Shown: positions 21,853 through 32,962 of the stretch, piece after piece
Layout of the letters: each line of letters begins with the position of its first letter
How positions within the stretch are numbered: the stretch's first letter is position 1
NCBI GenBank assembly: GCA_963710605.1
Contig: CAVQBA010000001.1
Coordinates: 224,001-288,000 of the forward strand
Source: an uncultured cyanobacterium
GTDB lineage: Bacteria; Cyanobacteriota; Cyanobacteriia; Cyanobacteriales; Cyanobacteriaceae
DNA: 64,000 nucleotides
Direction: 5' to 3'
Made by a program: the position numbers and the translations under genes
The notes under the pieces: model-generated
What the model saw: only the letters and a program-made list of their open reading frames with translations
What the model was told of the DNA's origin: nothing
The model's database searches: none

Positions 21853-22007
21853 AAATAGCTAGAAGCAAAAAATAAATAGCTAGAAGCTATTACTACTCGA
21901 TCGATCGCTCGTTGGTTACATTTTCTTTTTACGATTAGAAAAAAACGGCTAAATTTACTGCTATTTCTGGCATTGTAGAAATTACAAAAATAAGACATGA
22001 AACAGCC
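21853..22007. repeat. ~150-bp dispersed repeat (other copies near 47113-47283 and 50952-51050)
   Basis: AAATAGCTAGAAGCAAAAAATAAATAGC...GCTATTTCTGGC.TTGTAGAAAT.ACAAAAA shared with the 47 kb copy. Confidence 0.75.
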
Positions 22008-22098
22008 TTGCCTTACCGAAGGGGGGAGATTCGGGGCGTAATTCCCCTTGATTTTCTGGTCATAAACTATATGCTTTCAAACGACAATAACAATAATA

Positions 22099-22899
22099 CT
22101 AATAAGTTACACGATCGAGAAAACTAAGTAGTTTTTGCCAATTATGTCCCGAACGTTGCCAGAAAAAAGATAGATGATTTGGATCGTATAACTCGATCAA
22201 TTCTTTAGGGGCGATTGCACTTTCATATAACTTCAATCCTAAATCAAATGAAACAACCCGATCTTGAACAGAGTGGATAAACATTTTTGGTACGTCTATT
22301 TTCTTGACGCATTCTTGAGGCTCAAACTGATTATCAAGAAGCATTTTTGTAATCAGACGTGATATGATACTGGGAAAAAAAGTTAGTTTGGAAACTGCTA
22401 TATCTCTAAAGCTATTAAATGAGCTATCAATAATAACTCCAACAATATCTTTATCACAACGATCGGCTAAAGCACAAGTGGCAAATGCCCCTCCAATACT
22501 TTGACCAAGAATAATTTTTTTAGATTGCCTCAATAAATTGCTATTTTTCACAAAATCAAGTACACAACAGCAGTCATCAAAAACTCCTTGAAAATCTGGT
22601 TTTCCAGAAGAGTTACCAAAACCCCGATAGTCAAAGGTTACAAGATCATATCCCAAATCAGGCAACCAAGAAACAAAATCCCAATGATTTGTGATGTTAC
22701 AAGCATTACCATGAAAATGAACGAATGTAGCTTTCGGATTGGAAATTGCCGATTTAACATACCAACCATCTAATGTGACATTATCTTTGGCTTGAATTTT
22801 AATCGTTTCAAAATCAAAACCATTTTTCTGGGGATGACCTCCATAATTTACACGATCGGGAAAAAAAAATAAAGATTCGAGTTTTTTAACCATTTGCAA
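22099..22899 (-). CDS. Alpha/beta hydrolase
   Basis: HFHGNA, DYRGFG, GQSIGG nucleophile elbow. Confidence 0.9.
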   Translation of the reverse strand: MQMVKKLESLFFFPDRVNYGGHPQKNGFDFETIKIQAKDNVTLDGWYVKSAISNPKATFVHFHGNACNITNHWDFVSWLPDLGYDLVTFDYRGFGNSSGKPDFQGVFDDCCCVLDFVKNSNLLRQSKKIILGQSIGGAFATCALADRCDKDIVGVIIDSSFNSFRDIAVSKLTFFPSIISRLITKMLLDNQFEPQECVKKIDVPKMFIHSVQDRVVSFDLGLKLYESAIAPKELIELYDPNHLSFFWQRSGHNWQKLLSFLDRVTY

Positions 22900-23007
22900 C
22901 TATTACCTCTGAATCATTATGACCTAATTACGATTAACAGCGATATTCAAAGTCCAAACATTGTAACTAATACAGTTATTAATATGTTTAGCTTTATATC
23001 TCAACTT

Positions 23008-24184
23008 TTAATTACCAATTATCTCTTTTAATCCTTTGACTAAACGATCGATTCCTTCTTTGGCGGTATCAGGATTTAACGCACCATATGCGACTCTTAA
23101 ATAACAACCTTTTTCCATACCAAACGTATTACCCGGTATCACCGCAACCCGATAATCGGTAATCAGTTTTTTAGCTAATTCAAAACTATCGTAATCACCG
23201 TTTACTTTCAAGAAAAAATAAAATGCCCCTTCAGGCACGCCAAAAGTAACTAAATCGCTAATTTTATTTAATTGGCTTTGGAATAATTGACGCAAAGAAT
23301 CGATCGTTTTTAGGTGTTGTTGACAATAACTTTTACCTGCTTCTAACGCCCCTAATGCACCATATTGAGAGATTACGGGCGGACAGATCAAAATGGTATC
23401 TTGAACTTTTTTCACCGACATCAAAAGGTGTTTTGGTATCACCATGTAACCAATCCGCCAACTAGCAAAACCATAAGCTTTAGAAAGACTAAATAAAGAA
23501 ATGGTGTGATTATGACTAGCAACAATTGAGCAAGGAGAAAAATGAGTTGTTTGCCCGTAAGTAAAATATTCGTAGGCTTCATCACTAATATGATAAAGAT
23601 TATGTTCAAGGGCAAGACGATTAATTTCTCTTAATGTCGATTCAGGATAAACTACTCCTGTGGGGTTATTAGGAGAGATAGTAACGATCGCTTTTGTTTT
23701 ACTGGTAATAGCTTGTGCGATCGCATCTGGACGTAATTGATATTGCTCATCTGTGGCTACTAATACAGGATGACAACCCGCCATTTTAATCGCCATTTCG
23801 TGGTTGAAAGTAATAAGGAGTTTGTAATATAATCTCGTCTTCTGGTTGAGTGATGGCTAAAACAGTATTCATAAAAGCCATATTGCTTCCTGCGGTAACT
23901 ACAACACAACTATCGGGGTGGAGTTGATAATTATTATCTTGTTGTAATTTAACTTCAATCGCTTCTAATAAAGGAGTAATACCTTGCACTGATTTGTATT
24001 TATGACTATGCGCTTGTTGCCAAAATTCACTAACTCGATCGAGTGCTTCAGTAGGAGGATTATAATACACTATTCCTTGCCCTAAAGAAATAGTACCGGG
24101 ATTGTTACTAATTAATTCACCAATCACAGGTATCAAGGGTGATTGGATTGTTTGCATACGGTTAGAGTGAAGATTGGTAGTCAT
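23008..24184 (-). CDS. PLP-dependent class I/II aminotransferase (frameshift near 23807)
   Basis: SPNNPTG, SDEAY, SLSKAYG..WRIG; removing one T restores PYYFNHEMA. Confidence 0.88.
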
Positions 24185-24353
24185 AGAAATTAGTCGGTAA
24201 TTATTAATAATATAACGATCGTATTTTTACTGTTGTTGTCGATCGCTTAGATTCTCTTCTATAATAAAATTTCTTGATGATTTTCATTAATATTTTTCAT
24301 CTTCGATTTTTGCTTTTTAGATTAACAACGATCGCTACTTTTAAATAATTAAT

Positions 24354-24758
24354 ATGCAAAAACTAGTTCAGTATTTATCGTTATCTAAGTTTAACCGCAT
24401 CAAACTATCTAATAGACTAAATTTATTACTTAATAAAATATTACTTTTGATAATTGTTTCAGTCATCTCTTTCACTATTACAACTACACCAATTTGGGCA
24501 AAGACAAAATTAGATAACCTCAATGATACTCAGAATAATTTAGCACAACAGACGAAGACGATCGCTCAAGCAAAAAAAGTTAAAACAAAACAAATTTCAA
24601 CTAACAAACTTAATACCTGCGTCAATTCAGATTGTAATTGTAAAGATTTTAAAACCCAAAAAGAAGCCCAATTAGTTTTTAATGCTTTTAGTAAAGACAT
24701 TTTTCGTTTGGATAGAGATAAAGACGGTATAGCTTGCGAAAGTTTGCCTGCTAATTAA
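24354..24758 (+). CDS. Excalibur-like calcium-binding domain protein
   Basis: CNCKDF...LDRDKDGIACE with upstream hydrophobic segment. Confidence 0.75.
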   Translation: MQKLVQYLSLSKFNRIKLSNRLNLLLNKILLLIIVSVISFTITTTPIWAKTKLDNLNDTQNNLAQQTKTIAQAKKVKTKQISTNKLNTCVNSDCNCKDFKTQKEAQLVFNAFSKDIFRLDRDKDGIACESLPAN

Positions 24759-25829
24759 CGGGAGTAGTTTGTTTTGATTCTCTAACTGTTTGAAGATCGT
24801 TAATCCATAAATTTAACAAATCGTAACCCAAAGCTAAGACAACAGGGCCAATAAATAAACCAATTATTCCGTGGAGAATAGTACCACCAAAAACACCAAG
24901 GAAGATAACAACCATCGGGATAGATAAACCTCTAGCCATTAGAATAGGTTTGAGAAAGTTATCAATGACAGTCGCACTCATCATCCAGATGCTAAAAATA
25001 ATCGCAACAAGCGTACTAGCATGCAACCAGATAAAGATAATTGAAGGGATAATTACTATAGTAGGACCAATTTGAATAATACTTAAAACCAAACAAGCAA
25101 GAGTGAGCAAACCCGCCGAAGGCATTCCTACTGCGACAAAACCAATACCTGCTATTGCTGTTTGCACGATCGCAATCCCGATAATTCCCCGAATAACATT
25201 ACGTAAAGTAGAAGAAGCTAAATCAACAAATTCTTCGGCTTTATCTGGTGTTAATCTTTTCAAAAAGGTAGTTAATTTTAGATTAAGTCGTCGAGCATTA
25301 ATCATTAAAAAGAGCGAAATAATGATCGAAAGTAAAAATTCGACAAGGGCAAAACTAATATCCGCAGTGATAGGTAACAAATAACTTGCTAGTTGTTTAA
25401 TTTGAGGTTCGAGTTTTACTAGTGCATCTAAGATGTTAACTGAAGCTAATTGCCAAGTATTATCTAATGACTCACCAAAAACAGGTATTCTCTGAATAAT
25501 TTCTGGAGGAGGAGGAAAAACTAATGTACCTGAAAGAAAACTCTCTACTAAGCTGTTGATATTACCAACTAATGTTTGTCCCATGAAAGCGACGGGCCAA
25601 GTATTACAGCTATACCGAATAAACCGATTAATGCACCAGCTAATTTTTTTCTGCCACCTAACAGATTTTTTAGCCATTCAAAAATAGGATAAAAAGCAAC
25701 GGCTAAAATGGTTGCCCATAACAAAAGAATAATAAATGGACGCACTAACATAAAGCACCAAGCTATAATAAAGCCCACGATGACAATTCTAATCAGTAAA
25801 TCGATAACCTTAAAGCTACTTTTATTCAT
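24751..25829 (-). CDS. AI-2E family transporter (frameshift near 25595)
   Basis: DNFLKP, GIIGLFIGPV; the two ORFs join on adding one C at GGCCC. Confidence 0.85.
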
Positions 25830-25950
25830 AATTTGTTGCTTGGGGCAGTCCGTGGGTAAATTAATCAGTACTTAACAATTAATAACTATTTATACTTTAA
25901 GTTAAATACATCATTATTATTTTTTATTTTTTAGAGACATAAATTAACAA

Positions 25951-26063
25951 TATAGCGTTTCCCTTAATTATGAGGTACGGTCACTGTTTTCAAGTCCCCC
26001 AAGCTTGTTGGTTCGGACCCGTGGGGGCTTTCTTTGTACTTCATAATGGCAATAATTGCTATA
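25951..26063. mobile_element. MITE-like element with TATAGC...GCTATA ends
   Basis: TATAGC...ATTATGAGGTAC / GTACTTCATAAT...GCTATA inverted ends, internal GC-rich hairpin. Confidence 0.65.
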
Positions 26064-26173
26064 TACTAATTAAAAGTTTTGTAGTAATGGTTTTAGCTAT
26101 TGATAGAGTTACTTAAAAGTTACAGTTGTTGTGTCTTATCAACAGAGATACCGAATTATTGTCAATTGTTTCG

Positions 26174-27514
26174 CTAAATTTTTTCTGAGTGGATATAATC
26201 GACAAAATAAAATTTGGGTTCTAGCCATAGTTTTAGCCACGTATAAAAACTTAGCCCCAATAAAGCAGTAATCATAATGGGAATACCCCAAGATTGACGG
26301 TAAATATCAGGCAGAAGAGTGCTTATCGTCAAACAAAGGGTGAAGTAACCTAACAAAATCTTTTGGGTAGTCTGAGTCGATTTAAGGGCATTGCGACAAC
26401 TATGACAATGAATCGTATGTTGCTCGTAACGATCGAGCATTTGTTGGCGATGAGGATTAATTTCTCTAATTGCCGGCTGTGTAATGCCGACTTTCTCCCA
26501 AGGTATTTTAGCGTCGCAATAAGTATCAAACCAGCGACGAAATTCAATAATTAATCGATCGGCACTTGTCGGTAATTTGTACGCTTGTTTCCACGTTTTA
26601 CCTTCTAATTGTTGCTCACGTTGTAAAAATATTTCTTGTTGATGAAGTAATACCATATCGCCATCTAAAACAGCATTCCTAGTTTTGATATGTTCCCACC
26701 AACGAGGAATTACTTTACTTGAATTGGTGGCAAAATTACGAGTAAATTGAGCCACTACCCGACATTTACCCGGGGTAGTAGGAATACAATAAGTAATCAA
26801 TCCTAATTGTTTGCCATCATCGCCAAATTTAATTGCGTATTCTAATCGTGTTGGTGGCTCGAAGGTGATTGTTGTCTTAAATCCACTGTAGGATTGTGCT
26901 TCGATTAAATTGCGATCGGATTTGATTATTTCGATCGGTACGGGTTTGGCACTATTTCTGTTTCCTTGGATACCATGGTGGGCGAAAGGTACATGAGCGG
27001 GATCGGCTACATTTTCGATGAAGGTTTGCCAGTCATAAGCTAAATCTCTGACTAGTGAAGACCACACGAATCCTTTTTTGGCATCAATTTGAGGTGAAAG
27101 AGGTAAAGATGTTTTTTCGGCTAATTCGGGGCTGTTTGCATCTGCCCATACCCATAATAAATCGTTGGCTTGACGGGTAGGAAAAGTAGTTACGGCAAAG
27201 TTTTCTTGATTTTGCTTGACTAAATCTTCATTTTCTGCTTGAGGAACACAAGTACAATTACCTTCTTCGTTAAATTGCCAACCATGATAACTACACGTGA
27301 GGTTACCTGTCTTTTCATCGATACGCCCTTCACTAAGCGGTGCAAGACGATGAGGGCATCTATCTAAAAAAACATGGTAGGTTGAAGAGGTCTTTTTTTT
27401 CCAAATAACGATCGCTTGTCCGAGTAGTGTAAACGGTGTTGGGCGATCGATTTTCAAATCTTCAACAGGAGAAACAGGATACCAGTTTTGCCAAAAATTA
27501 AATTCTGAAGACAT
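26174..27514 (-). CDS. Rieske 2Fe-2S / pheophorbide a oxygenase-like protein
   Basis: CPHRLAPLSEG, CSYHGW, ENVADPAHVPFAHH, C..C. Confidence 0.9.
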   Translation of the reverse strand: MSSEFNFWQNWYPVSPVEDLKIDRPTPFTLLGQAIVIWKKKTSSTYHVFLDRCPHRLAPLSEGRIDEKTGNLTCSYHGWQFNEEGNCTCVPQAENEDLVKQNQENFAVTTFPTRQANDLLWVWADANSPELAEKTSLPLSPQIDAKKGFVWSSLVRDLAYDWQTFIENVADPAHVPFAHHGIQGNRNSAKPVPIEIIKSDRNLIEAQSYSGFKTTITFEPPTRLEYAIKFGDDGKQLGLITYCIPTTPGKCRVVAQFTRNFATNSSKVIPRWWEHIKTRNAVLDGDMVLLHQQEIFLQREQQLEGKTWKQAYKLPTSADRLIIEFRRWFDTYCDAKIPWEKVGITQPAIREINPHRQQMLDRYEQHTIHCHSCRNALKSTQTTQKILLGYFTLCLTISTLLPDIYRQSWGIPIMITALLGLSFYTWLKLWLEPKFYFVDYIHSEKI

Positions 27515-27566
27515 TTTTAATAGTTAATTATGGATAATTGCGTGCTTACTAATTATCCATTGTCGT

Positions 27567-28166
27567 TTATATTTCATTAGAAAAATCATTAACACGGGTA
27601 AAATGAAATGGCCCTGCTACTGAACCCCATAATACTTCATCGGTGACAGGATCTCGACCTCGATCGAAACTAATCAGTTTTTCACTATCAATATCAAAAG
27701 TATTATCAAGATAAGACATTTTACCTTTTCTTTCTACCATACAAGCTTTACCCGGTTTGATATAACCATGAAAACGATCGTCTTGTTCTTCTTCTCTTCT
27801 CTCGGCAATCATATCACAACCATTCATTTTTTCTAGATCAGCTAAAGTTAGTTGTTGCAACATTTCAGGTTTTCTAGAAGCACCATAAAACCTAGTTTCT
27901 TCCTTTAGTTTATAATGCTCTAACTCTAATCGATCGTCAACCAAATGAATTTTAAATACCCTCAAACGATAAGGTTGTTGAGGTAAAAAATCATAGGCTT
28001 GCTCTAAAAACAAACTTGTACCATCCAATAAAGTATCAGGTAATGGACGCATACAGACACGAATATGAGCAAAAAATGGTGGATTAGCTAATGCTTGGGC
28101 TTGATTAGAAAAATCTGCCGCCATTAATCTGGCTAAACCTTTTATATCTCTGGTATTACTCGTCAT
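27567..28166 (-). CDS. cpcT: Chromophore lyase CpcT/CpeT
   Basis: FSNQAQA..NPPFFAHIRVCMRPL, PYRLRV, WGSVAGPF. Confidence 0.9.
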   Translation of the reverse strand: MTSNTRDIKGLARLMAADFSNQAQALANPPFFAHIRVCMRPLPDTLLDGTSLFLEQAYDFLPQQPYRLRVFKIHLVDDRLELEHYKLKEETRFYGASRKPEMLQQLTLADLEKMNGCDMIAERREEEQDDRFHGYIKPGKACMVERKGKMSYLDNTFDIDSEKLISFDRGRDPVTDEVLWGSVAGPFHFTRVNDFSNEI

Positions 28167-28171
28167 GACAA

Positions 28172-28369
28172 ATAGTTGATAGTTGATAGTTGATAGTTGA
28201 TAGCGGTCAGAACCCGCTCAGGAGCGACAGACGCAAGCGTTCAGACCCTGCGACGACGTTAAGTCGCAAGCGTTCAGAACCCGCTCAGGGGCGACAGACG
28301 CAAGGGAACGCTGAACAAGACACCGAAAGCTGAACAAGACACCGAAAGCTGACCAAGACGTTGATAGTT
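28172..28369. repeat. GATAGTT heptamer array interrupted by nested GC-rich short repeats
   Basis: (GATAGTT)n, then CAGAACCCGCTCAGG.GCGACAGACGCAAG twice and GCTGAACAAGACACCGAAA twice, then TTGATAGTT. Confidence 0.8.
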
Positions 28370-28389
28370 AAATATTTACTCTTAAAAAC

Positions 28390-29040
28390 CTAATTCTTAA
28401 CTCTGTGTTTAGCTAATTGAGCGCGACTAGTTACCGCAATATCTAAATCACTATTGATTATTTTAGTTAATAGTTCGACTATTCGACTACTCAAGTCTTG
28501 ATGATTAAATTCTTCTAATTTATTGGCTAAATTTTCTAACGCTACTACCACCGCATAACGTACTACCCATTCGCCATCTTGAGCAGTTAAACATAATACC
28601 TCAAAAATTTGTTTTTGAGTCGTAACAACTTGATTTGTCGGTAACTGATGCCATTGCAAATTACCTAATCCTCTAGTTGCCGCCCTTCTGACACTTAAAG
28701 AAAAATCGGTAGTAGCGGCTTTGATAAGTAAATCAATCGCTCTAATATCACCAATTCCAGCAAATACTCTTAATGCCCACGCCCTCGCACCATAGTTATA
28801 ATCATCCAAACTCGCTAATAACGGCTGAATAACTGTTTCTCCTAATTCAATTAAGCCTTCTGTTGCCGCTACTGCCGCACCGGGGTTGTTGTAACCCAAA
28901 ACTTCAATTAAAGTGGGTATCGCTTCAACAGATTTGCTATCGGCTAATTCTTCAACTGTTTCTAATAATTTTGTCGCTGAGTCTGCTTTGTTGACTGCTT
29001 CAATTAGTTGGGTTACTGTTGTGGTTGTATTAGATGCCAT
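28390..29040 (-). CDS. cpcF: Phycocyanobilin lyase beta subunit (HEAT repeats)
   Basis: LGYNNPGAAVAA, YNYGARAWA, DFSLSVRRAA, DGEWVVRYA. Confidence 0.85.
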   Translation of the reverse strand: MASNTTTTVTQLIEAVNKADSATKLLETVEELADSKSVEAIPTLIEVLGYNNPGAAVAATEGLIELGETVIQPLLASLDDYNYGARAWALRVFAGIGDIRAIDLLIKAATTDFSLSVRRAATRGLGNLQWHQLPTNQVVTTQKQIFEVLCLTAQDGEWVVRYAVVVALENLANKLEEFNHQDLSSRIVELLTKIINSDLDIAVTSRAQLAKHRVKN

Positions 29041-29093
29041 GAATAATTAATAATGAATAATTAAAATATTTATTAGGGTGTAACTCTTAACTT

Positions 29094-29381
29094 TTAACTG
29101 TCAAGGAGTTGACTAAACTCGATCGTAGTAAGATTAGCTTGGATATATTTAGGCTCATTTGGATTATAAGGGCTGGCTAAACGATCGATTCTAATAATTT
29201 GTGCTTGTTCAGATAAAATAGGTAAATCAGGATCAAATGCAGTGGCACTAGTTAAACTACTGGAAAATCCTTTAAAAATAATAATTTCGATCGATTCTCC
29301 TCTTTCTTTTGCCTGTACCGCTAAAACTTCTTCTGGGTGTTGTTGGCTATATTTTTCTAACTGCTCGATCGTGATAGTCAT
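29094..29381 (-). CDS. Conserved cyanobacterial hypothetical protein
   Basis: IFKGFSSSL...TAFDPD...DRL.SPYNP. Confidence 0.75.
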   Translation of the reverse strand: MTITIEQLEKYSQQHPEEVLAVQAKERGESIEIIIFKGFSSSLTSATAFDPDLPILSEQAQIIRIDRLASPYNPNEPKYIQANLTTIEFSQLLDS

Positions 29382-29389
29382 AATTAATT

Positions 29390-29983
29390 TTACTGCTCAA
29401 GGGCAATTCTACCTTGTTTAATTAAACGAAAAGTCAAAAAATACGCCAGATAAATTAAATATATTACCAATCCACTCATACCTAAAAAGCCTAAAAATCC
29501 TGTAGTAGCATTAGAATGAAACCAATCTTTGTATTGCCAAGGAAGCTCTAACCAAGCCCTACAAGCTAACTCATCACTAGCTTTATCAGCAAAAGCACAA
29601 CGGACAAAAGGAATAAAAACGATCGCACCAGCTAAGCCATAAAAAGTAGTCGCCCAACGCCAAACACGAATTGCTAGACGAATCGGTATTTTAGGTAAAT
29701 CACGAATCTCATCATTAATATCAGCCCAAAACCAAAGACTAATAACGACAAAAAGATGAGCCACAAACCAAGCTAAATATCCTATCTGCCATACAGGAAT
29801 AAACAGATAAATGGCAATCATCATCAAACTAGCTACTCGCCAAAAAATCACCATCAAACGCTGAATTGAAGGGATTCCTGACTTCATTGCCCAAACAGAT
29901 AAGATTAAGGGGCAAATCAAGCAAATAAAAACAAATAATTTATAGTTAGTCCAAGCTACGACTCTAAATAAAGCTTCTTCCAT
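29390..29983 (-). CDS. DUF3177-family membrane protein
   Basis: WRVASLM, LWFW.DINDEI, RL.KQGR.A. Confidence 0.75.
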   Translation of the reverse strand: MEEALFRVVAWTNYKLFVFICLICPLILSVWAMKSGIPSIQRLMVIFWRVASLMMIAIYLFIPVWQIGYLAWFVAHLFVVISLWFWADINDEIRDLPKIPIRLAIRVWRWATTFYGLAGAIVFIPFVRCAFADKASDELACRAWLELPWQYKDWFHSNATTGFLGFLGMSGLVIYLIYLAYFLTFRLIKQGRIALEQ

Positions 29984-30012
29984 AAAATTTAGACAGTAAT
30001 CATTTTACACAC

Positions 30013-30038
30013 AAAAAGAGGTGGGGAAACCCCACCTT
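30013..30038 (-). terminator. Intrinsic terminator after CP12
   Basis: AGGTGGGG-TTT-CCCCACCT hairpin followed by CTTTT on the minus strand. Confidence 0.65.
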
Positions 30039-30067
30039 ATCATAAAATTCGTCGAAAATAAAAATCT

Positions 30068-30289
30068 CTAGTCTTCATAAACACGACACTCTGCCGCATC
30101 AGGATTATCGTCACAATATTGCTCTAAAGATGTTTTTTTAGTTGCGTTTCCTTTTTGGTGAGAAGCCTCTGCCTGTAACTCTTCAACGGCATCCCATGCG
30201 GCTGCACATTCACCTGAATTGCTGTCAGTGCTACATACTTCTCTTGCTTGTTTTAGTTCTTCTTGAATTTTTTCTTGTATATCGCTCAT
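30068..30289 (-). CDS. cp12: Calvin cycle protein CP12
   Basis: C..AWDAVEEL and YCDDNPDAAECRVYED. Confidence 0.95.
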   Translation of the reverse strand: MSDIQEKIQEELKQAREVCSTDSNSGECAAAWDAVEELQAEASHQKGNATKKTSLEQYCDDNPDAAECRVYED

Positions 30290-30650
30290 AATGTTTTGAT
30301 TTGTTGTTTTAATCTTTACTTTAGCTTATAACAGAATTTTATTATTTGTTATGGGTAAAAACCCCATTGCTAATATTATTTATTATATTATTAATATTTA
30401 CTGTTGTTTAAATTTTTTTTAGTCTCAACTTCTAAACCTCTAGCTATAAGCAGATTAGGTAATTTAAATATCTTCATAATTATCGTTTTATCTCTGATAT
30501 TTTTACTTTTTTAGGCTTTTGTTTATAAATTTATTTTATCTTTTTGATTAAAAATCGTTAACTCAAATCTGTTTTTCTGATTCGTGCTATTATACTTAAT
30601 CGACTAATATAGATTATACTCTATAAAGTAAACAGTTTTAATAGATATTT

Positions 30651-30989
30651 ATGAATAAAATACTTATATTAGAAGGTTTTATTGTAGCGACTATATTATG
30701 CGGTTTTTTGGGTTTAGTTTACAAACGCAATTTAGTAATGAAGATTATGGCAATGGATGTAATGAGTACTGGTGTCATTGCTTTCTACGTTTTTATCGCT
30801 TCACGCGAAGGATTATTTACGCCTATTTTATCACCTACTTATAAAGGTGACTATGCTGACCCTGTACCACAAGCTGTAATACTAACAGCGATCGTGATTG
30901 GTTTTTCTATCCAAGCGTTGATGTTAGTAGGGGCAATGAAACTCGCTCAAGATAATCCGAGTTTGGAGGTGGAGGAAATAGAGAAATAA
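30651..30989 (+). CDS. mrpC: Mrp cation/H+ antiporter subunit C
   Basis: ADPVPQAVILTAIVIG. Confidence 0.9.
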   Translation: MNKILILEGFIVATILCGFLGLVYKRNLVMKIMAMDVMSTGVIAFYVFIASREGLFTPILSPTYKGDYADPVPQAVILTAIVIGFSIQALMLVGAMKLAQDNPSLEVEEIEK

Positions 30990-31095
30990 TTGAGAGTTGA
31001 GAGTTGAGAGTTGAGAATTAGTTTTGTTACTGTAAAAATGCTGAATATAAGCCTCTTTATTCTCTATTCAAAAATTACTTATTACTTAAATAATT

Positions 31096-32529
31096 ATGAC
31101 AATAAATACTTGGACATTGATTTGGGTAACTTTGCCTTTTATAACTGGTTTTACCATTTATTTGTTCCCTAAAATCGATCGTCACCTAACAATTTTAACT
31201 TTATTTTTAACCACTATTTATCCTTGCTGGTTGTTACTTACAGATACTGTTTTAAATATTACCTTAAAAGATAGTTTTGGCGTAACTTTAATGATTGATA
31301 GTCTTAGTGGCTATTTAATTTTAACTAATTGTTTAGTGACAATAGCAGTTACTTTTTATTGCTGGCAAAAAGAAAAAAAGACTTTTTTCTACACTATTAT
31401 GATCATACTTTATGGTAGTGTCAATATTTGTTTTATCGGTAATGATTTAATCAGCTTTTACGTCGCCTTAGAAGTAATTAGTATCGCTTCTTTTTTACTG
31501 ATGGTTTATCCACGTACTAATTATTCTATCTGGATTGGTTTACGTTATTTGCTTATTAGTAATACAGCTATGTTGTTTTACTTAGTTGGTGTTATCTTAG
31601 AATATCAAGCTCATCATTCTTTTGCTTATGAAGGATTACAAGAATCTCCTCCAGAAGCGATCGCACTTATTGTTTTAGCATTATTAGTCAAAGGTGGTAT
31701 CTTCGTCTCTGGCTTATGGCTACCGCTAACTCATTCTTCTGTTGATACTCCTGTCTCTGCTTTACTTTCTGGTATTGTCATCAAAACAGGTATTTACCCA
31801 TTAATTCGCTTATCTTTATTAATCGACCAAATCGATATGGTAATAGGTATTTTAGCAGTAACTACAGCTATTTTTGGTGTCACTTATGCTATTTTTGAAA
31901 AAGATGTTAAAAGAATGCTTGCTTTTCATACTATCTCTCAATTAGGTTTTATTTTGGCAACACCAACCGCCGCCGGCATTTATGCTTTTAGTCATGGTTT
32001 AGTCAAATCAGCATTGTTTCTAATGTCGGGTGCATTACCTACTCGTAATTTGAAGCAATTACAACACAAACAAATACCTAATCAGCTTTGGATAGGTTTA
32101 ACTATAGCCAGTTTATCGATTGCTGGAATGCCTTTTTTGGCAGGTTTTGTAACTAAGACATTAACCTTAAAAGGGTTAACTTCATGGCAGTTGTTGGTAA
32201 TGAATATTGCCGCCGTGGGTACAGCTATTTCTTTTGCGAAGTTTATTTTCCTTCCTCATTCATCAGAGGAAAAAGCAAGTCAAGATAATGGTTTTTGGTT
32301 AGCTGTCATACTGTTATTAACTGGTTTAATTCTTAGTAATTTTATTTATCTTGAGGCTTATAGTCTTTCTAAAATTGCCAAGTCTTTAGTTACTATCGGT
32401 ATTGGTTGGACTATTTATTTATTAGTTATTAAAAAAACTGTTGTTTATTTACCACGTAATTTAGAACAACTAGATAATTTAATCGGTGTTATGAGTTTAA
32501 CTTTAGTCGGTTTATTCTGGCTAGTATAG
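31096..32529 (+). CDS. mrpD: Mrp cation/H+ antiporter subunit D
   Basis: LWLPLTH, DVKRMLAFHTISQLG, HGLVKSALF. Confidence 0.88.
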   Translation: MTINTWTLIWVTLPFITGFTIYLFPKIDRHLTILTLFLTTIYPCWLLLTDTVLNITLKDSFGVTLMIDSLSGYLILTNCLVTIAVTFYCWQKEKKTFFYTIMIILYGSVNICFIGNDLISFYVALEVISIASFLLMVYPRTNYSIWIGLRYLLISNTAMLFYLVGVILEYQAHHSFAYEGLQESPPEAIALIVLALLVKGGIFVSGLWLPLTHSSVDTPVSALLSGIVIKTGIYPLIRLSLLIDQIDMVIGILAVTTAIFGVTYAIFEKDVKRMLAFHTISQLGFILATPTAAGIYAFSHGLVKSALFLMSGALPTRNLKQLQHKQIPNQLWIGLTIASLSIAGMPFLAGFVTKTLTLKGLTSWQLLVMNIAAVGTAISFAKFIFLPHSSEEKASQDNGFWLAVILLLTGLILSNFIYLEAYSLSKIAKSLVTIGIGWTIYLLVIKKTVVYLPRNLEQLDNLIGVMSLTLVGLFWLV

Positions 32530-32585
32530 CAATTAGCAATTAGCAATTAGCAATTATCAATTATCAATTATCAATTATCAATTAT
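32530..32585. repeat. Heptamer tandem repeat CAATTA(G/T)
   Basis: About eight consecutive units between mrpD and mrpE. Confidence 0.85.
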
Positions 32586-32955
32586 GATTTTACATTTAAT
32601 ATTTCGTTTATCAATTTGGTTTTTATTAACGAGTGATTTTTCTCCTGCTAATATTATGATTGGAGTAGCGATCGCTTTTATTTTACCTAAGACTAAAATT
32701 AGCGTCAATAGCATTCATGAATGGTTCAAAATATTACCAAAGATTTTGATGACTTTACCTCAAGCTTATATCGAAGCGATCGAAATTATTCTCTTTCCTC
32801 ATCGGCGAGAAAGTTTAACTCTTGAAAAAGGTTCAACAAAACGATCGTCTATTTTAATCTTTTTAGATATTTTTATCATTACATTTACGCCAAAAACGAT
32901 CGTTTTAAAATATCAAGAAGAAGGTTGGTACGAAGTACACAAAATTAATAGGTAA
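32584..32955 (+). CDS. mrpE: Mrp subunit E
   Basis: IWFLLT, ITFTPKT; operon position. Confidence 0.8.
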   Translation: MILHLIFRLSIWFLLTSDFSPANIMIGVAIAFILPKTKISVNSIHEWFKILPKILMTLPQAYIEAIEIILFPHRRESLTLEKGSTKRSSILIFLDIFIITFTPKTIVLKYQEEGWYEVHKINR

Positions 32956-32962
32956 AATAACT

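Noticed and set aside
28203-28360. CRISPR array
   Set aside because: Repeats are adjacent or nested with no unique regular spacers, and there are no cas genes
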